Source of the DNA: Klebsiella phage ST16-OXA48phi5.3
Sequence record: MK416014.1
Strand: one strand, 5' to 3'
DNA: 29,301 bases
In this document: positions 15,159 to 23,663 of the stretch, in pieces
How positions within the stretch are numbered: position 1 is the stretch's first letter
Layout of the letters: each line of letters starts with the position of its first letter
Made by a program: the position numbers and the translations under genes
The notes under the pieces: model-generated
Told to the model about the DNA's origin: nothing
The model's database searches: none
The model's input: the letters and a program-made list of their open reading frames with translations, nothing else

Positions 15159-15443
15159 CTATTGCAGGTAGCTTGCTGAAGCAGATTTCCTGCCAGGCGT
15201 TGAAAGATCGATAATGTCATTGAAGATTGCCTTGTAGGCTTTATTTAACTTCTCAACTGTTTTCGGGGTGATATCACTCGTAGGCGGCGCGTCGATACCA
15301 TCTATTAATTCTATTTCAGCAAATTTTTTCAAAACCTGAAGGACACTCTCTTTTTGTTCTTCAGGCATCGTTTGCACAATAAAAGCAACAACGTTTCTCA
15401 GCGCCAGGAGTTGAGCATGAGTTACATAGTAATGATCGATCAT
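15159..15443 (-). CDS. Hypothetical 94-aa protein in the accessory cluster.
   Basis: ORF 15159-15518; likely start at ATG 15443 (MIDHYYV..) with AGGA SD. Divergent from the next gene. Confidence 0.5.
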   Translation of the reverse strand: MIDHYYVTHAQLLALRNVVAFIVQTMPEEQKESVLQVLKKFAEIELIDGIDAPPTSDITPKTVEKLNKAYKAIFNDIIDLSTPGRKSASASYLQ

Positions 15444-15575
15444 ATTTTCATTCCTGTTCTGTTGAACTCGGCGATTTAACAGTATAGCGGAGAAATGTTG
15501 CCCGCTACTCTGTGGCAACTTTCAATCGTGATGACTGGCAATAGCGGGACTTTTTATGCCCGGAACGGAGTATCT

Positions 15576-15848
15576 ATGAAAGAACGAAAACTCGTAATTG
15601 AAATTGATGACAACGCCATTGATTCAGTAATCGAAAAGGTTCGCCTGCTCAAAGAAGAACTGAGAAGCCTCAGCCTGCCGATCAACATCTCTGACGCAGT
15701 GCCGGCAGCATTAAAGCCAGAAGAGGAAAGGAACACGCAGGATGCCCGAAGCGTATTCCTTAGCAACCTTGATGCCGAAATTATTCAGGCTTGGTCATCA
15801 TTGATAGCGCTTTTGAATACACGTCTTGACGCGACCTCCTTCGACTAG
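15576..15848 (+). CDS. Hypothetical 91-aa acidic protein.
   Basis: Track ORF 15495-15848; I call the start at ATG 15576 (MKERKLVIEIDD..) with GGAG 8 nt upstream, not the upstream track start at 15495. Its 3' end overlaps the convergent gene by 68 nt. Confidence 0.45.
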   Translation: MKERKLVIEIDDNAIDSVIEKVRLLKEELRSLSLPINISDAVPAALKPEEERNTQDARSVFLSNLDAEIIQAWSSLIALLNTRLDATSFD

Positions 15849-16041
15849 GAGCTGCTGCTGGTTTAAGGGTGTTTAGTTCATTCACGGCCTTTGTGAATTT
15901 AACCCTCACTTTACTGACGCTATCTGATGGCATCTCGCTGAAGAGGCAAGATATAGCGATAGATAGTACCTCGGTCTCACCTTTGAGTGATTCCAGCTCC
16001 TCGACGATTTTCTGGAAAAGTTTCTGATTATCAACAGACAT
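15781..16041 (-). CDS. Hypothetical 86-aa protein.
   Basis: Strong SD AAGGAG 5 nt before ATG 16041. Acidic N-terminal half and a basic tail (SRRRSRQ). Confidence 0.55.
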   Translation of the reverse strand: MSVDNQKLFQKIVEELESLKGETEVLSIAISCLFSEMPSDSVSKVRVKFTKAVNELNTLKPAAAPSRRRSRQDVYSKALSMMTKPE

Positions 16042-16172
16042 AAAAGCTCCTTATTTTGCTGTGTGGAAACTCAAAGATAAGCGAGCGTAACTTTTTGTAA
16101 CATCCTGATATTCGATCAGTGCCGCTACCGTGCGGCTTCGATAATGCTCCCCACATCGCACAGAGGTAAGAC

Positions 16173-16409
16173 ATGTCAGAGATCACCGCATCCGAGCAAA
16201 TCCGCCTGGATATCATCAAGAAAGTTAACTACGACACCGCAGCGGCCAAGCTGGCCATTGACTGGGTTGGTGATAGCAATCTGAAAGCTGAGCTATTCGC
16301 TGACTCTTTTGATCGTGTCTTCACTGAAAGTGAGATTGTCTCGAAGACCCGCAAGGCCATCCAGGAAGCGACTGAGGCGCTGGCGTTGTTTGATACCGTG
16401 ACTGAGTAG
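16173..16409 (+). CDS. Hypothetical 78-aa acidic protein.
   Basis: SD GAGGT before ATG 16173. About 16 acidic against 9 basic residues. Confidence 0.55.
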   Translation: MSEITASEQIRLDIIKKVNYDTAAAKLAIDWVGDSNLKAELFADSFDRVFTESEIVSKTRKAIQEATEALALFDTVTE

Positions 16410-16489
16410 TCCAGCTAAGGCATTACAGCAGGCATTCACTGAGTGCCTGTGATAATGTCGATGCGTTACTTAATCGAGAGGGCAAGTAA

Positions 16490-16696
16490 ATGCAATGGAC
16501 ATCAGTAAAATTTAAATTACCACAGCCAACCAAACAGGTTTCTTGGTATATCGTAAATACGGATAAAGGTGTTGGCTTTGCGGAATTCAATCCCCTAACC
16601 GGATTTAGCAATATCGTGATTATTGATAACAGCCAGTATTTTAATCTTGAAATAACTCACTGGATGCCTTTACCTTCGCCACCGTCAAGCAATTAA
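16490..16696 (+). CDS. DUF551-like small phage protein.
   Basis: 68 aa. The C-terminal HWMPLPSPP matches the W-(M/I)-PLPEPP signature I recall for DUF551 phage proteins. Confidence 0.5.
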   Translation: MQWTSVKFKLPQPTKQVSWYIVNTDKGVGFAEFNPLTGFSNIVIIDNSQYFNLEITHWMPLPSPPSSN

Positions 16697-16729
16697 AATA
16701 CCTTGCTTTCTACCGAGTCATTACTGAGC

Positions 16730-16758
16730 CACTAGCTTTCGCTGGTGGCTTTTTATTG
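16730..16758 (+). terminator. Rho-independent terminator.
   Basis: AGCCACTAGC-tttc-GCTGGTGGCT: 10-bp stem with one G-U pair, followed by TTTTT. Confidence 0.7.
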
Positions 16759-16766
16759 GAGTGAAT

Positions 16767-17057
16767 ATGGCGTCAAGTTCACCCTGGCATCATCTCTATA
16801 ACACTAAACGGTGGTACCGGCTGCGTTATCACCAGCTTCAGAAGCAACCACTCTGCGAGTTTCACCTCAGGCGAAATCAGGTGATATCCGCAACCGTTGT
16901 TGATCACATCAAACCTCACAAGGGCGATGAAACCCTCTTCCACGACCCGAACAATCTTCAGTCGCTATGCAAGCGCTGCCACGACTCGGTTAAACAACGC
17001 ATGGAGAAGGGCGGAACGGTTACCGAGTTCGACAATGAAGGCAGGGTTATCTGGTAG
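16767..17057 (+). CDS. HNH endonuclease, the terminase-associated type used by HK97-like cos phages.
   Basis: CEFH...ATVVDHIKPHKGDETLFHDPNNLQSLCKRCHDSVK is an HNH motif (His-Asn-His with Cys pairs). Adjacent to TerS. The ORF opens at GTG 16761; ATG 16767 has a GGAG SD. Confidence 0.85.
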   Translation: MASSSPWHHLYNTKRWYRLRYHQLQKQPLCEFHLRRNQVISATVVDHIKPHKGDETLFHDPNNLQSLCKRCHDSVKQRMEKGGTVTEFDNEGRVIW

Positions 17058-17069
17058 CAGGAGCACGCA

Positions 17070-17279
17070 ATGCAAGACCTGAAGATTGAATACCAGGATG
17101 GCAAGCTGGTGGAGCTGAGCATTGATGGTGTGAGCTTTCTTTCTGCATCCGCCATCTCCTTCAGTCATACAGCAAAAGAGGCGCTACCAACGATCATCCT
17201 GACAATGTCTGTCGGTGTCGGTGAGCGCCTGATGTTACACAGTCCTCCCCGTGAAAACCTGCGGATCATCGAGAAATGA
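17070..17279 (+). CDS. Hypothetical 69-aa protein between HNH and TerS.
   Basis: AGGAG SD before ATG 17070. Confidence 0.45.
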   Translation: MQDLKIEYQDGKLVELSIDGVSFLSASAISFSHTAKEALPTIILTMSVGVGERLMLHSPPRENLRIIEK

Positions 17280-17400
17280 TAGTTTTTCTCATTATCAGCC
17301 CGAGAGGGCGGGGGGAGGGGTAAAACTCTGGCGGCAATCGTAAAAAGACCGCGCCCCCAGTTTTCTTTTCAAAAACGTCCAGAAAAAAAGGAAAAAAGCG

Positions 17401-17835
17401 ATGGCACAGCGAGGCAGAAAATCTCTTGCCGCGACGACGGCTGTGTCGCTTCCGGCTCTGGCTGAAAGCAGGCTGCAGCCCTCGTTACACCTTAGCGATC
17501 CAGAGATAAACGTCTGGATCAGACTGGTTAACGATAACCCGGCCAGCTCATTTACTGAAACACATCGCGACATGATGGAAATGTACTGTCGGCATGTGGT
17601 GCAGGCGAGACTGTTAACCACTCAGATCGAGGAGTTTGAGCTGGAGTGGCTGGCTCGGGATGATGGGCTGAAGCGCTACGATAAATTGCTCACGATGCGC
17701 GAACGTGAAGTGCGTTCTGCGTCTTCACTGGCAACGCGACTGCGTATCACCCGGCAGGCGACTGCTGATCCTAAAACAGTAGGACGCGCCAACAAAAATC
17801 TGCCGCGGGAGAAAAAACCCTGGGAAATTGAATAA
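17401..17835 (+). CDS. Terminase small subunit, P27 family.
   Basis: 144 aa. Right size, position after HNH and before TerL, and conserved W..L.....FTETHRDMMEMYC helical core typical of P27-family TerS (from memory). Confidence 0.75.
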   Translation: MAQRGRKSLAATTAVSLPALAESRLQPSLHLSDPEINVWIRLVNDNPASSFTETHRDMMEMYCRHVVQARLLTTQIEEFELEWLARDDGLKRYDKLLTMREREVRSASSLATRLRITRQATADPKTVGRANKNLPREKKPWEIE

Positions 17836-17844
17836 GGCTCTTCG

Positions 17845-19377
17845 ATGGCTAAAAAAACTCTGACAAGAGCCGAGAGGAATATCCTCTGGTGCGAAAGAAA
17901 TATTTATATTCCCGAAGGTAAGTTTGTCGGCCAGCCGCTGAAAATGGCTGAGTTCATGAAGGATGACTTCAGAGCCATTTTCGACAACAAGCATGGTACA
18001 CGTCGCGCGATCATCAGTCGCGGGCGAAAAAACGCCAAAACGGTGGAAACCGCCATGCTGATGCTGCTCTACCTGGTAGGACCCGAGGCTGCACCGAACT
18101 CGCAGCTGTATTCTGCGGCACGCTCACGCGACCAGGCGGCCATTCTATTTAACCTGGCCTCGAAGATGTGCCGGATGAACCCGGTACTAATGCAGTACGT
18201 TGCGATCAAGGATTCAGCTAAAGAAATCCACTGCCCTGAGCTGGGTTCTTATTACCGCGCACTGAGTGCCGAAGCTACCACGGCCTACGGTTTCTCGCCG
18301 CGATTTGTCGCACACGACGAACTGGGCCAGGTGCGTGGGCCGCGAGACCCGCTTTATGAAGCGCTGGAAACCGCCACCGCTGCACAGGATAACCCTATTT
18401 CGATAATCATCAGCACCCAGGCGCCTGATGCGAGCGACCTGCTTAGCCTGCTGATTGATGATGGACTGACCGGAGCCGATCCCCGGACGGTGGTCCGGCT
18501 TCAGACCGCGCCGGAAGATATCGATCCTTTCTCTGTTGAGGCCATCAGGCTGGCAAACCCGGCCTTCGATGTGTTCATGAACCAGAAAGAAGTGCTGGAT
18601 ATGGCCGCCAGTGCGAAACGCCTGCCGTCTCGCCAGGCAGAGTTTGAGAACCTTGTGTTAAACCGCAGGGTTGAAGCGAAAAGCCCATTCGTTAGCCAGA
18701 GCGTATGGCATATGAACAAGGAGGAACCCGGCGAACTTGCGGGGGCTACCGTATGGGGCGGGCTCGATCTTTCCAGCGTGTCAGACCTGACCGCACTGGT
18801 GCTGAACACCACGCAGGGCGATGTGCACTGTAAATTCTGGCTACCGGAGGAAGGGCTGGCAGATAAGGCGCGTAATGATCGTGTGCCTTATGACATATGG
18901 GCGAAGCAGGGCTGGCTAAACACGACACCTGGTAAGGCTATCGAGTATGGATTTATCGCCAGGGAGCTGCGGCGCGTTTTTGATCTCTGTAACGTCAGGG
19001 CGCTGGCGTTTGACCGCTATAACATGCGCTTCCTTCGCCCGCATCTGATCGATGCTGGTTTCACAGATGTGGAGCTCGAACGATTCGTAGAGTTCGGTCA
19101 GGGGTTTGTTTCCATGTCGCCTGCGCTCAGGGAGCTGGAAGCCAAACTGCTCGGTGCGCAGCTGAAGCACGGCAATCATCCGATCCTCGAAATGTGCGCC
19201 AAAAACGCCACGGTAATCACTGACCCTGCCGGTAACCGCAAGTTTGTGAAAGGTAAGTCGAGCGGACGTATCGACGGCATGGTAGCGCTGGCGATGTCTA
19301 TTGGCGCGCAGACCAGTGACGAGGTAGAGGAGCAGGGTGACGTTAATGATTTCATTTACAACTTTTTGAGCGTGTAA
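17845..19377 (+). CDS. Terminase large subunit (ATPase plus nuclease).
   Basis: 510 aa. Position, length and the Terminase_1-like region IISRGRKNAKT (Walker A-like) ...VAHDELGQV (Walker B-like DE). Followed directly by the portal gene. Confidence 0.88.
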   Translation: MAKKTLTRAERNILWCERNIYIPEGKFVGQPLKMAEFMKDDFRAIFDNKHGTRRAIISRGRKNAKTVETAMLMLLYLVGPEAAPNSQLYSAARSRDQAAILFNLASKMCRMNPVLMQYVAIKDSAKEIHCPELGSYYRALSAEATTAYGFSPRFVAHDELGQVRGPRDPLYEALETATAAQDNPISIIISTQAPDASDLLSLLIDDGLTGADPRTVVRLQTAPEDIDPFSVEAIRLANPAFDVFMNQKEVLDMAASAKRLPSRQAEFENLVLNRRVEAKSPFVSQSVWHMNKEEPGELAGATVWGGLDLSSVSDLTALVLNTTQGDVHCKFWLPEEGLADKARNDRVPYDIWAKQGWLNTTPGKAIEYGFIARELRRVFDLCNVRALAFDRYNMRFLRPHLIDAGFTDVELERFVEFGQGFVSMSPALRELEAKLLGAQLKHGNHPILEMCAKNATVITDPAGNRKFVKGKSSGRIDGMVALAMSIGAQTSDEVEEQGDVNDFIYNFLSV

Positions 19378-19379
19378 AA

Positions 19380-20657
19380 ATGGCAGATACCGATTACAGC
19401 ATTGACCTGCGGACGCGATCGCCATTCTGGGCGCGCATGGCCTCTATCCTGACCGGCGGCCGCCTGGTGACACCCGATAAGGGCTCGCAAATGGCGGGTA
19501 CGTCAGCGCACGGTGTGGTTGGTGATTCTGTTGTGACTGATGAGCGTAATATGCAAATCAGTACGGTATGGGCCTGCATCAGGTTAATCTCCACCGTAAC
19601 AGCATCTTTACCACTCGATGTTTATCAGACCAAAAATGATCAGCGCACGAAAGTGGACAACAGTCACCCCCTTGCGAAACTGCTGAGATTCCGTCCCAAC
19701 AACTTCATGACCGCTCTTGAGTTTCGCGAAGCAATGACTATGCAGCTATGTGCCTACGGCAACGCCTATGCACATGTTGAGCGAAACGGTGTTGGTGACG
19801 TGATTAGCATGGTTCCACTGATGAGCGCCAATATGGAAGTTCGGCTCAGCGATAACGGTAAAAATATTATCTACCGCTACCGACGGGACACTGAATACGC
19901 TGACTTTTCACAGAAAGAAATTTTTCATCTCAAAGGATTTGGCTTCAATGGTCTGACTGGTCTTTCGCCGCTGGCGTTCAGTGCGAAGTCTGCTGGTGTG
20001 GCCATAGCGATGGAAGATAACCAGCGTGAATTTTTCGCCAACGGTGCGAAGTCTCCGCAGATCCTGATGACTGACGGCAAGGTGCTGACGAAAGAGCAGC
20101 GTGGGCAGCTGGAGGAAAACTTTAAGGAGATTGCTGGTGGTCCGGTCAAAAAGCGGCTTTGGATCCTTGAGAGCGGCTTCACCACGCAACCTATCGGCGT
20201 TTCGCCTCAGGATTCAGAAATTCTGGCTGCGCGTAAATTTCAGGTCGCCGAACTGGCGCGATTTTACGGCGTGCCTCCACATCTGGTCGGCGACGTGGAC
20301 AAAACCACCTCCTGGGGATCGGGGATTGAACAGCAAAACCTGGGCTTTCTCCAGTATACCCTCAAACCCTACCTTGATCGGTGGGAGTACAGCATTGAGC
20401 GCTGGCTGGTCAAAGAGTCAGAACAGGGCATCATTCACGCCGAGCATAACCTCGACGGGCTGTTGCGCGGTGATTCAACAAGCCGGGCATCATTTATGCA
20501 AATCATGGTCAATACCGGGATTCGGACCGTTAACGAGGTTCGAAGGCTCGATAACCTGCCGCCGCTGCCCGGAGGTGATGTGGCGACACGGCAGTCGCAG
20601 AACGTGCCCATTACCGATCTCGGAACAAACAAAGAGCCCCGCAATGCCGGGGCTTAA
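19380..20657 (+). CDS. Portal protein, HK97 family.
   Basis: 425 aa. Sits between TerL and the prohead protease. Length and order are typical of HK97-family portals. Confidence 0.8.
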   Translation: MADTDYSIDLRTRSPFWARMASILTGGRLVTPDKGSQMAGTSAHGVVGDSVVTDERNMQISTVWACIRLISTVTASLPLDVYQTKNDQRTKVDNSHPLAKLLRFRPNNFMTALEFREAMTMQLCAYGNAYAHVERNGVGDVISMVPLMSANMEVRLSDNGKNIIYRYRRDTEYADFSQKEIFHLKGFGFNGLTGLSPLAFSAKSAGVAIAMEDNQREFFANGAKSPQILMTDGKVLTKEQRGQLEENFKEIAGGPVKKRLWILESGFTTQPIGVSPQDSEILAARKFQVAELARFYGVPPHLVGDVDKTTSWGSGIEQQNLGFLQYTLKPYLDRWEYSIERWLVKESEQGIIHAEHNLDGLLRGDSTSRASFMQIMVNTGIRTVNEVRRLDNLPPLPGGDVATRQSQNVPITDLGTNKEPRNAGA

Positions 20658-20662
20658 TTTTT

Positions 20663-21343
20663 ATGGGGGCTATGATGCCTGACATTCAGAAGACGCTGGC
20701 TTTCGACCAGACAGAAATCAAGTTCATCGGCGACGGCAGTAAGGGAACATTTGAAGGGTATGCCTCGGTTTTTAATAACACCGACGCCGATGGCGACATT
20801 ATTTTGCCAGGTGCTTTCGCTGGTGTGATTGCTAACCAGAGTCGCAAGGTGGCCATGTTCTTTAACCACCAGACACGTGCTATCCCGGTCGGTAAATGGG
20901 ATGCCATGCATGAAGATGACAAGGGGCTATTTGTCCGTGGTCAACTTACTCCAGGGCTTAGCCTGGCCGAAGACCTGAAAGCTGCCATGCAGCATGGCAC
21001 GGTTGAAGGGATGTCTGTGGGGTTTTCCGTTGGGCCTGATGATTACACCGTTGGCACGTCAGGGCTCATCTTCAAAAACATCTCTTACCTGCGGGAAATT
21101 AGCGTCTGTACTTTCCCGGCTAACGAGCTCGCTGGCGTAACGGCCATGAAGAGCATCGACAGCATCAAATCTATTCGCGATGCGGAGGGCTGGCTGAGGG
21201 ATTCAGTCGGGCTTTCGCGTTCTGAAGCACAGGCATTTATCGCCCGTGTTAAGTCTGCAGGCCGAAGCGAGTTCGGTAGCGACGACATTGACGCGCTGGC
21301 ACAGCGCATTAACTCATTTGCCGCTAACCTGCGGACACCTTAA
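20663..21343 (+). CDS. Prohead maturation protease, HK97 (S78/U35) family.
   Basis: 226 aa. Position between portal and MCP. Conserved FEGYASVFNNTDADGDII..GAF and HQTRAIPVGKW blocks as in HK97 gp4-type proteases. Confidence 0.8.
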   Translation: MGAMMPDIQKTLAFDQTEIKFIGDGSKGTFEGYASVFNNTDADGDIILPGAFAGVIANQSRKVAMFFNHQTRAIPVGKWDAMHEDDKGLFVRGQLTPGLSLAEDLKAAMQHGTVEGMSVGFSVGPDDYTVGTSGLIFKNISYLREISVCTFPANELAGVTAMKSIDSIKSIRDAEGWLRDSVGLSRSEAQAFIARVKSAGRSEFGSDDIDALAQRINSFAANLRTP

Positions 21344-21354
21344 CGGAGTAACAC

Positions 21355-22518
21355 ATGTCTGAATTATCTGTACTGGAAAAAGCTATCGAAAACTCCCAAA
21401 AAGAAGTAAAGGAGCTTATCGAAGAACAGCGTAAATCCATCAACCAGACCGGTGAAATCAACAAGCAGCTGCAGATCGATCTGACGAAAGCACAGGAAGA
21501 ACTGAAAGCCACCGGCACCCGCCTGTTCGATCTTGAGCAGAAACTGGCCGGAAACTCTCCTGATCAGACTGCGCAGAAGTCATTTGCTCAGCGCGTATCT
21601 GAAGACCTGATGAAGGGCTGGGACGGCTCGCGTACCAAAGCGAAAGTCACCAGTTTTGATAAAGCGATTGGTTCCGGCGCAGCGTCGGCAGGCGCCCTGG
21701 TCCAGCCGCAGCAGCTGCCGGGTATTCTTATGCCGGGTCTTCGCCGTCTGACCGTGCGTGACTTGCTGGCACAGGGGCGTATCACCAGTAACGCGCTGGA
21801 ATACGTGCGCGAAAACGTGTTTACCAACGCTGCAGCACCAGTGGCAGAAGGTACCCTCAAGCCGGAAAGTAATATTACCTTCACCAAAGAAACGGCGAAC
21901 GTGAAAACTATCGCCCACTGGATCCAGGCATCGCGCCAGATCATGGATGATGCCCCGGCGCTCGAGTCTTACCTCAATTCCCGCATGATGTACGGACTGG
22001 CACTGGTGGAAGAGAACCAGATGCTGAACGGGGACGGTACCGGCGATAACCTGCAGGGGCTCAACGTAGTAGCGAATGACTACGAAACCACACTCAACGC
22101 AACCGGAGATACTGGCGCTGATGTTCTGGCACACGCCATCTATCAGGTATCGCTGAGTGAGTTCGAAGCAGACGGCATCATTCTGAACCCGGCGGACTGG
22201 CACCGTATTGCCCTGCTGAAGGACGCTAACGGCAATTACATTCTCGGTGGCCCGCAGGCGTTTGCCTCGAAATTGCTTTGGGGGCTTCCGGTGGTGTCGA
22301 CCACATCGCAGAAGGCAGGCAAATTCACCGTTGGCGCGTTTGGCCTGGCGTCGCAGGTTTGGGATCGCATGGATGCCACCATCGAGATCAGCAACCAGGA
22401 CCGCGATAACTTCGTTAAAAACATGCTGACCATCCTTTGCGAAGAGCGCCTGGCGCTGGCCCACTATCGCCCGGCAGCGATTGTGACGGGTGATATTGCT
22501 GTCAGCACTGGTGCATAA
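21355..22518 (+). CDS. Major capsid protein, HK97 fold, with an N-terminal delta/scaffolding domain.
   Basis: 387 aa. The first ~100 aa are coiled-coil-like (EKAIENSQKEVKELIEEQRK..). The rest shows HK97-MCP blocks (LLAQGRITSNALEY; GDNLQGL; ADWHRIALLKDANGNYILGGP). Confidence 0.88.
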   Translation: MSELSVLEKAIENSQKEVKELIEEQRKSINQTGEINKQLQIDLTKAQEELKATGTRLFDLEQKLAGNSPDQTAQKSFAQRVSEDLMKGWDGSRTKAKVTSFDKAIGSGAASAGALVQPQQLPGILMPGLRRLTVRDLLAQGRITSNALEYVRENVFTNAAAPVAEGTLKPESNITFTKETANVKTIAHWIQASRQIMDDAPALESYLNSRMMYGLALVEENQMLNGDGTGDNLQGLNVVANDYETTLNATGDTGADVLAHAIYQVSLSEFEADGIILNPADWHRIALLKDANGNYILGGPQAFASKLLWGLPVVSTTSQKAGKFTVGAFGLASQVWDRMDATIEISNQDRDNFVKNMLTILCEERLALAHYRPAAIVTGDIAVSTGA

Positions 22519-22526
22519 CAAAAGGG

Positions 22527-22546
22527 CGCGGCCAGCAATGGCCGCG
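22527..22546 (+). other. GC-rich stem-loop immediately 3' of the capsid gene, without a U-tract.
   Basis: CGCGGCC-agcaat-GGCCGCG, a 7-bp stem 9 nt after the MCP stop. Probably an RNA stability element or attenuator. Confidence 0.35.
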
Positions 22547-22554
22547 TAAATGAG

Positions 22555-22797
22555 ATGAAAATTAAAGCTCTCCGTATGTTTTCGCATTATCACCTGGGTA
22601 CGGTATCTCAGGGGGAAATCCGCGAGGTGCATAAAGAAATCGGCGAAGTACTGGTGAAACTGCATCTGGCCGAGGCGGTTGAGCCGGAAAAGGCAACAGA
22701 CTCTGGTTCTGCGGAGCCTGCTAAAGCCAAACCAGGGGGTAAAGGTGGAAATAAGCGAGGAACAGCTGGCGCAGATAAAGGCGCATCTGAAGGTTGA
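22555..22797 (+). CDS. Hypothetical 80-aa protein with a Lys/Gly-rich low-complexity C-terminus.
   Basis: ORF after MCP with a weak SD. Its C-terminal 17 codons overlap the connector gene in another frame. Confidence 0.35.
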   Translation: MKIKALRMFSHYHLGTVSQGEIREVHKEIGEVLVKLHLAEAVEPEKATDSGSAEPAKAKPGGKGGNKRGTAGADKGASEG

Positions 22798-23071
22798 TGG
22801 TGACGACGAAGATACGCTTATTGCTGCCTATGCTTCGGCCTCCGTCGATTATGTTGAGCGGTTCTGCGACGGTGCGCTGGTCGAAACATTAACGCCGCCA
22901 GTGGAAGGGGAAACTCAGCCCCGTGAGGTTATTTTTACTTCCGGCATCTGGGCGGCAATGCTTTTGCTGATTGGACACTGGTATGCGAACCGCGAAGCGG
23001 CAGCGCAGAACCTATCGGAAGTTCCGCTGGGCGTTGATGCGCTGCTGATTAGGCACCGGAGGTGGAACTAA
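22745..23071 (+). CDS. Head-tail connector (gp6-like) protein.
   Basis: Frame of ORF 22679-23071; probable GTG start at 22745 preceded by AGGGGG. VEISEEQLAQIKAHLKVDGDDEDTLIAAYASASVDYVERF matches the Phage_connect_1 (gp6-like) N-terminal signature. Confidence 0.65.
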   Translation: MEISEEQLAQIKAHLKVDGDDEDTLIAAYASASVDYVERFCDGALVETLTPPVEGETQPREVIFTSGIWAAMLLLIGHWYANREAAAQNLSEVPLGVDALLIRHRRWN

Positions 23072-23131
23072 TGGGCTGCTCAGGATGTGCTAAACGGCGT
23101 GAGTGGTTAAAAAAGTGGACGAAAATAGCCT

Positions 23132-23329
23132 ATGAACGAGCAACTGGTAAACGCGCTGATAGCAGCGCTGAGAGAACAAACAGCAGCACAGCGAGAGCAG
23201 ACGGAAGCGATAAACCGCCTGGCTGAGTCTAACGTCGCCCTGTCCGATGTGATTATCCAGTCGCTTGCCGGCGATCTCGAAGAGGCGCCAGAGCAGCAAA
23301 CCTATCTTAGTGGGAAACCAAGGGGGTGA
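23132..23329 (+). CDS. Hypothetical 65-aa protein.
   Basis: Its stop TGA is 1 nt before the head-closure gene ATG, suggesting coupling. Weak SD. Confidence 0.4.
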   Translation: MNEQLVNALIAALREQTAAQREQTEAINRLAESNVALSDVIIQSLAGDLEEAPEQQTYLSGKPRG

Positions 23330-23330
23330 T

Positions 23331-23663
23331 ATGCAGGCCGGAAAATTGCGTCACAGGATCACCCTGCAGGAACCCGTCAAAGAACAGAACCCGACAACGG
23401 GAGCCGTGATTAATACCTGGCGCGATGTCGCAACCCTTTGGGCCGAAGTCGCTGCTTTATCCGCACGTGAGTTTATTGCGGCCAAGGCCTCTCAGGGCGA
23501 GGTTACCACCCGGATAACGATTCGTTACCGTGAGGGCGTCACCCGGAAACATCGGATCCTGTTTCGTGGCCGCATCTACAACATTGAGGGCGTTTTACCT
23601 GACCCCCGGAGCGGCAGGGAATACCTGACACTGCCATGTTCAGAGGGGGCTAACGATGGCTGA
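23331..23663 (+). CDS. Head closure / head-tail joining protein (gp7-like).
   Basis: Start MQAGKLRHRITLQ with AAGGGGGTGA SD. The RITLQ..........W...A.V...SAREF....A....TTRITIRYR pattern is typical of Phage_H_T_join. Confidence 0.7.
   Translation: MQAGKLRHRITLQEPVKEQNPTTGAVINTWRDVATLWAEVAALSAREFIAAKASQGEVTTRITIRYREGVTRKHRILFRGRIYNIEGVLPDPRSGREYLTLPCSEGANDG

Noticed and set aside
14951-15220. 89-aa minus ORF and a 49-aa plus ORF (15065-15214) just after the o-spanin.
   Set aside because: The minus ORF overlaps the o-spanin 3' end and the stop region of the downstream gene, with no SD. The plus micro-ORF has an ATGA overlap with the o-spanin but no other support. Not called.
18916-19425. 169-aa minus-strand ORF spanning the TerL/portal junction, plus 18501-18812, 19908-20189 and 20101-20682 alternative frames.
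   Set aside because: They are embedded in or antisense to the terminase and portal genes, whose frames are strongly supported by length and order. They are most likely spurious.
21580-22665. 361-aa minus-strand ORF, plus the smaller ORF 21588-21944.
   Set aside because: They lie entirely antisense within the well-supported HK97-type major capsid gene. They have Cys/Arg-rich compositional bias typical of antisense frames in GC-rich coding DNA and no SD.
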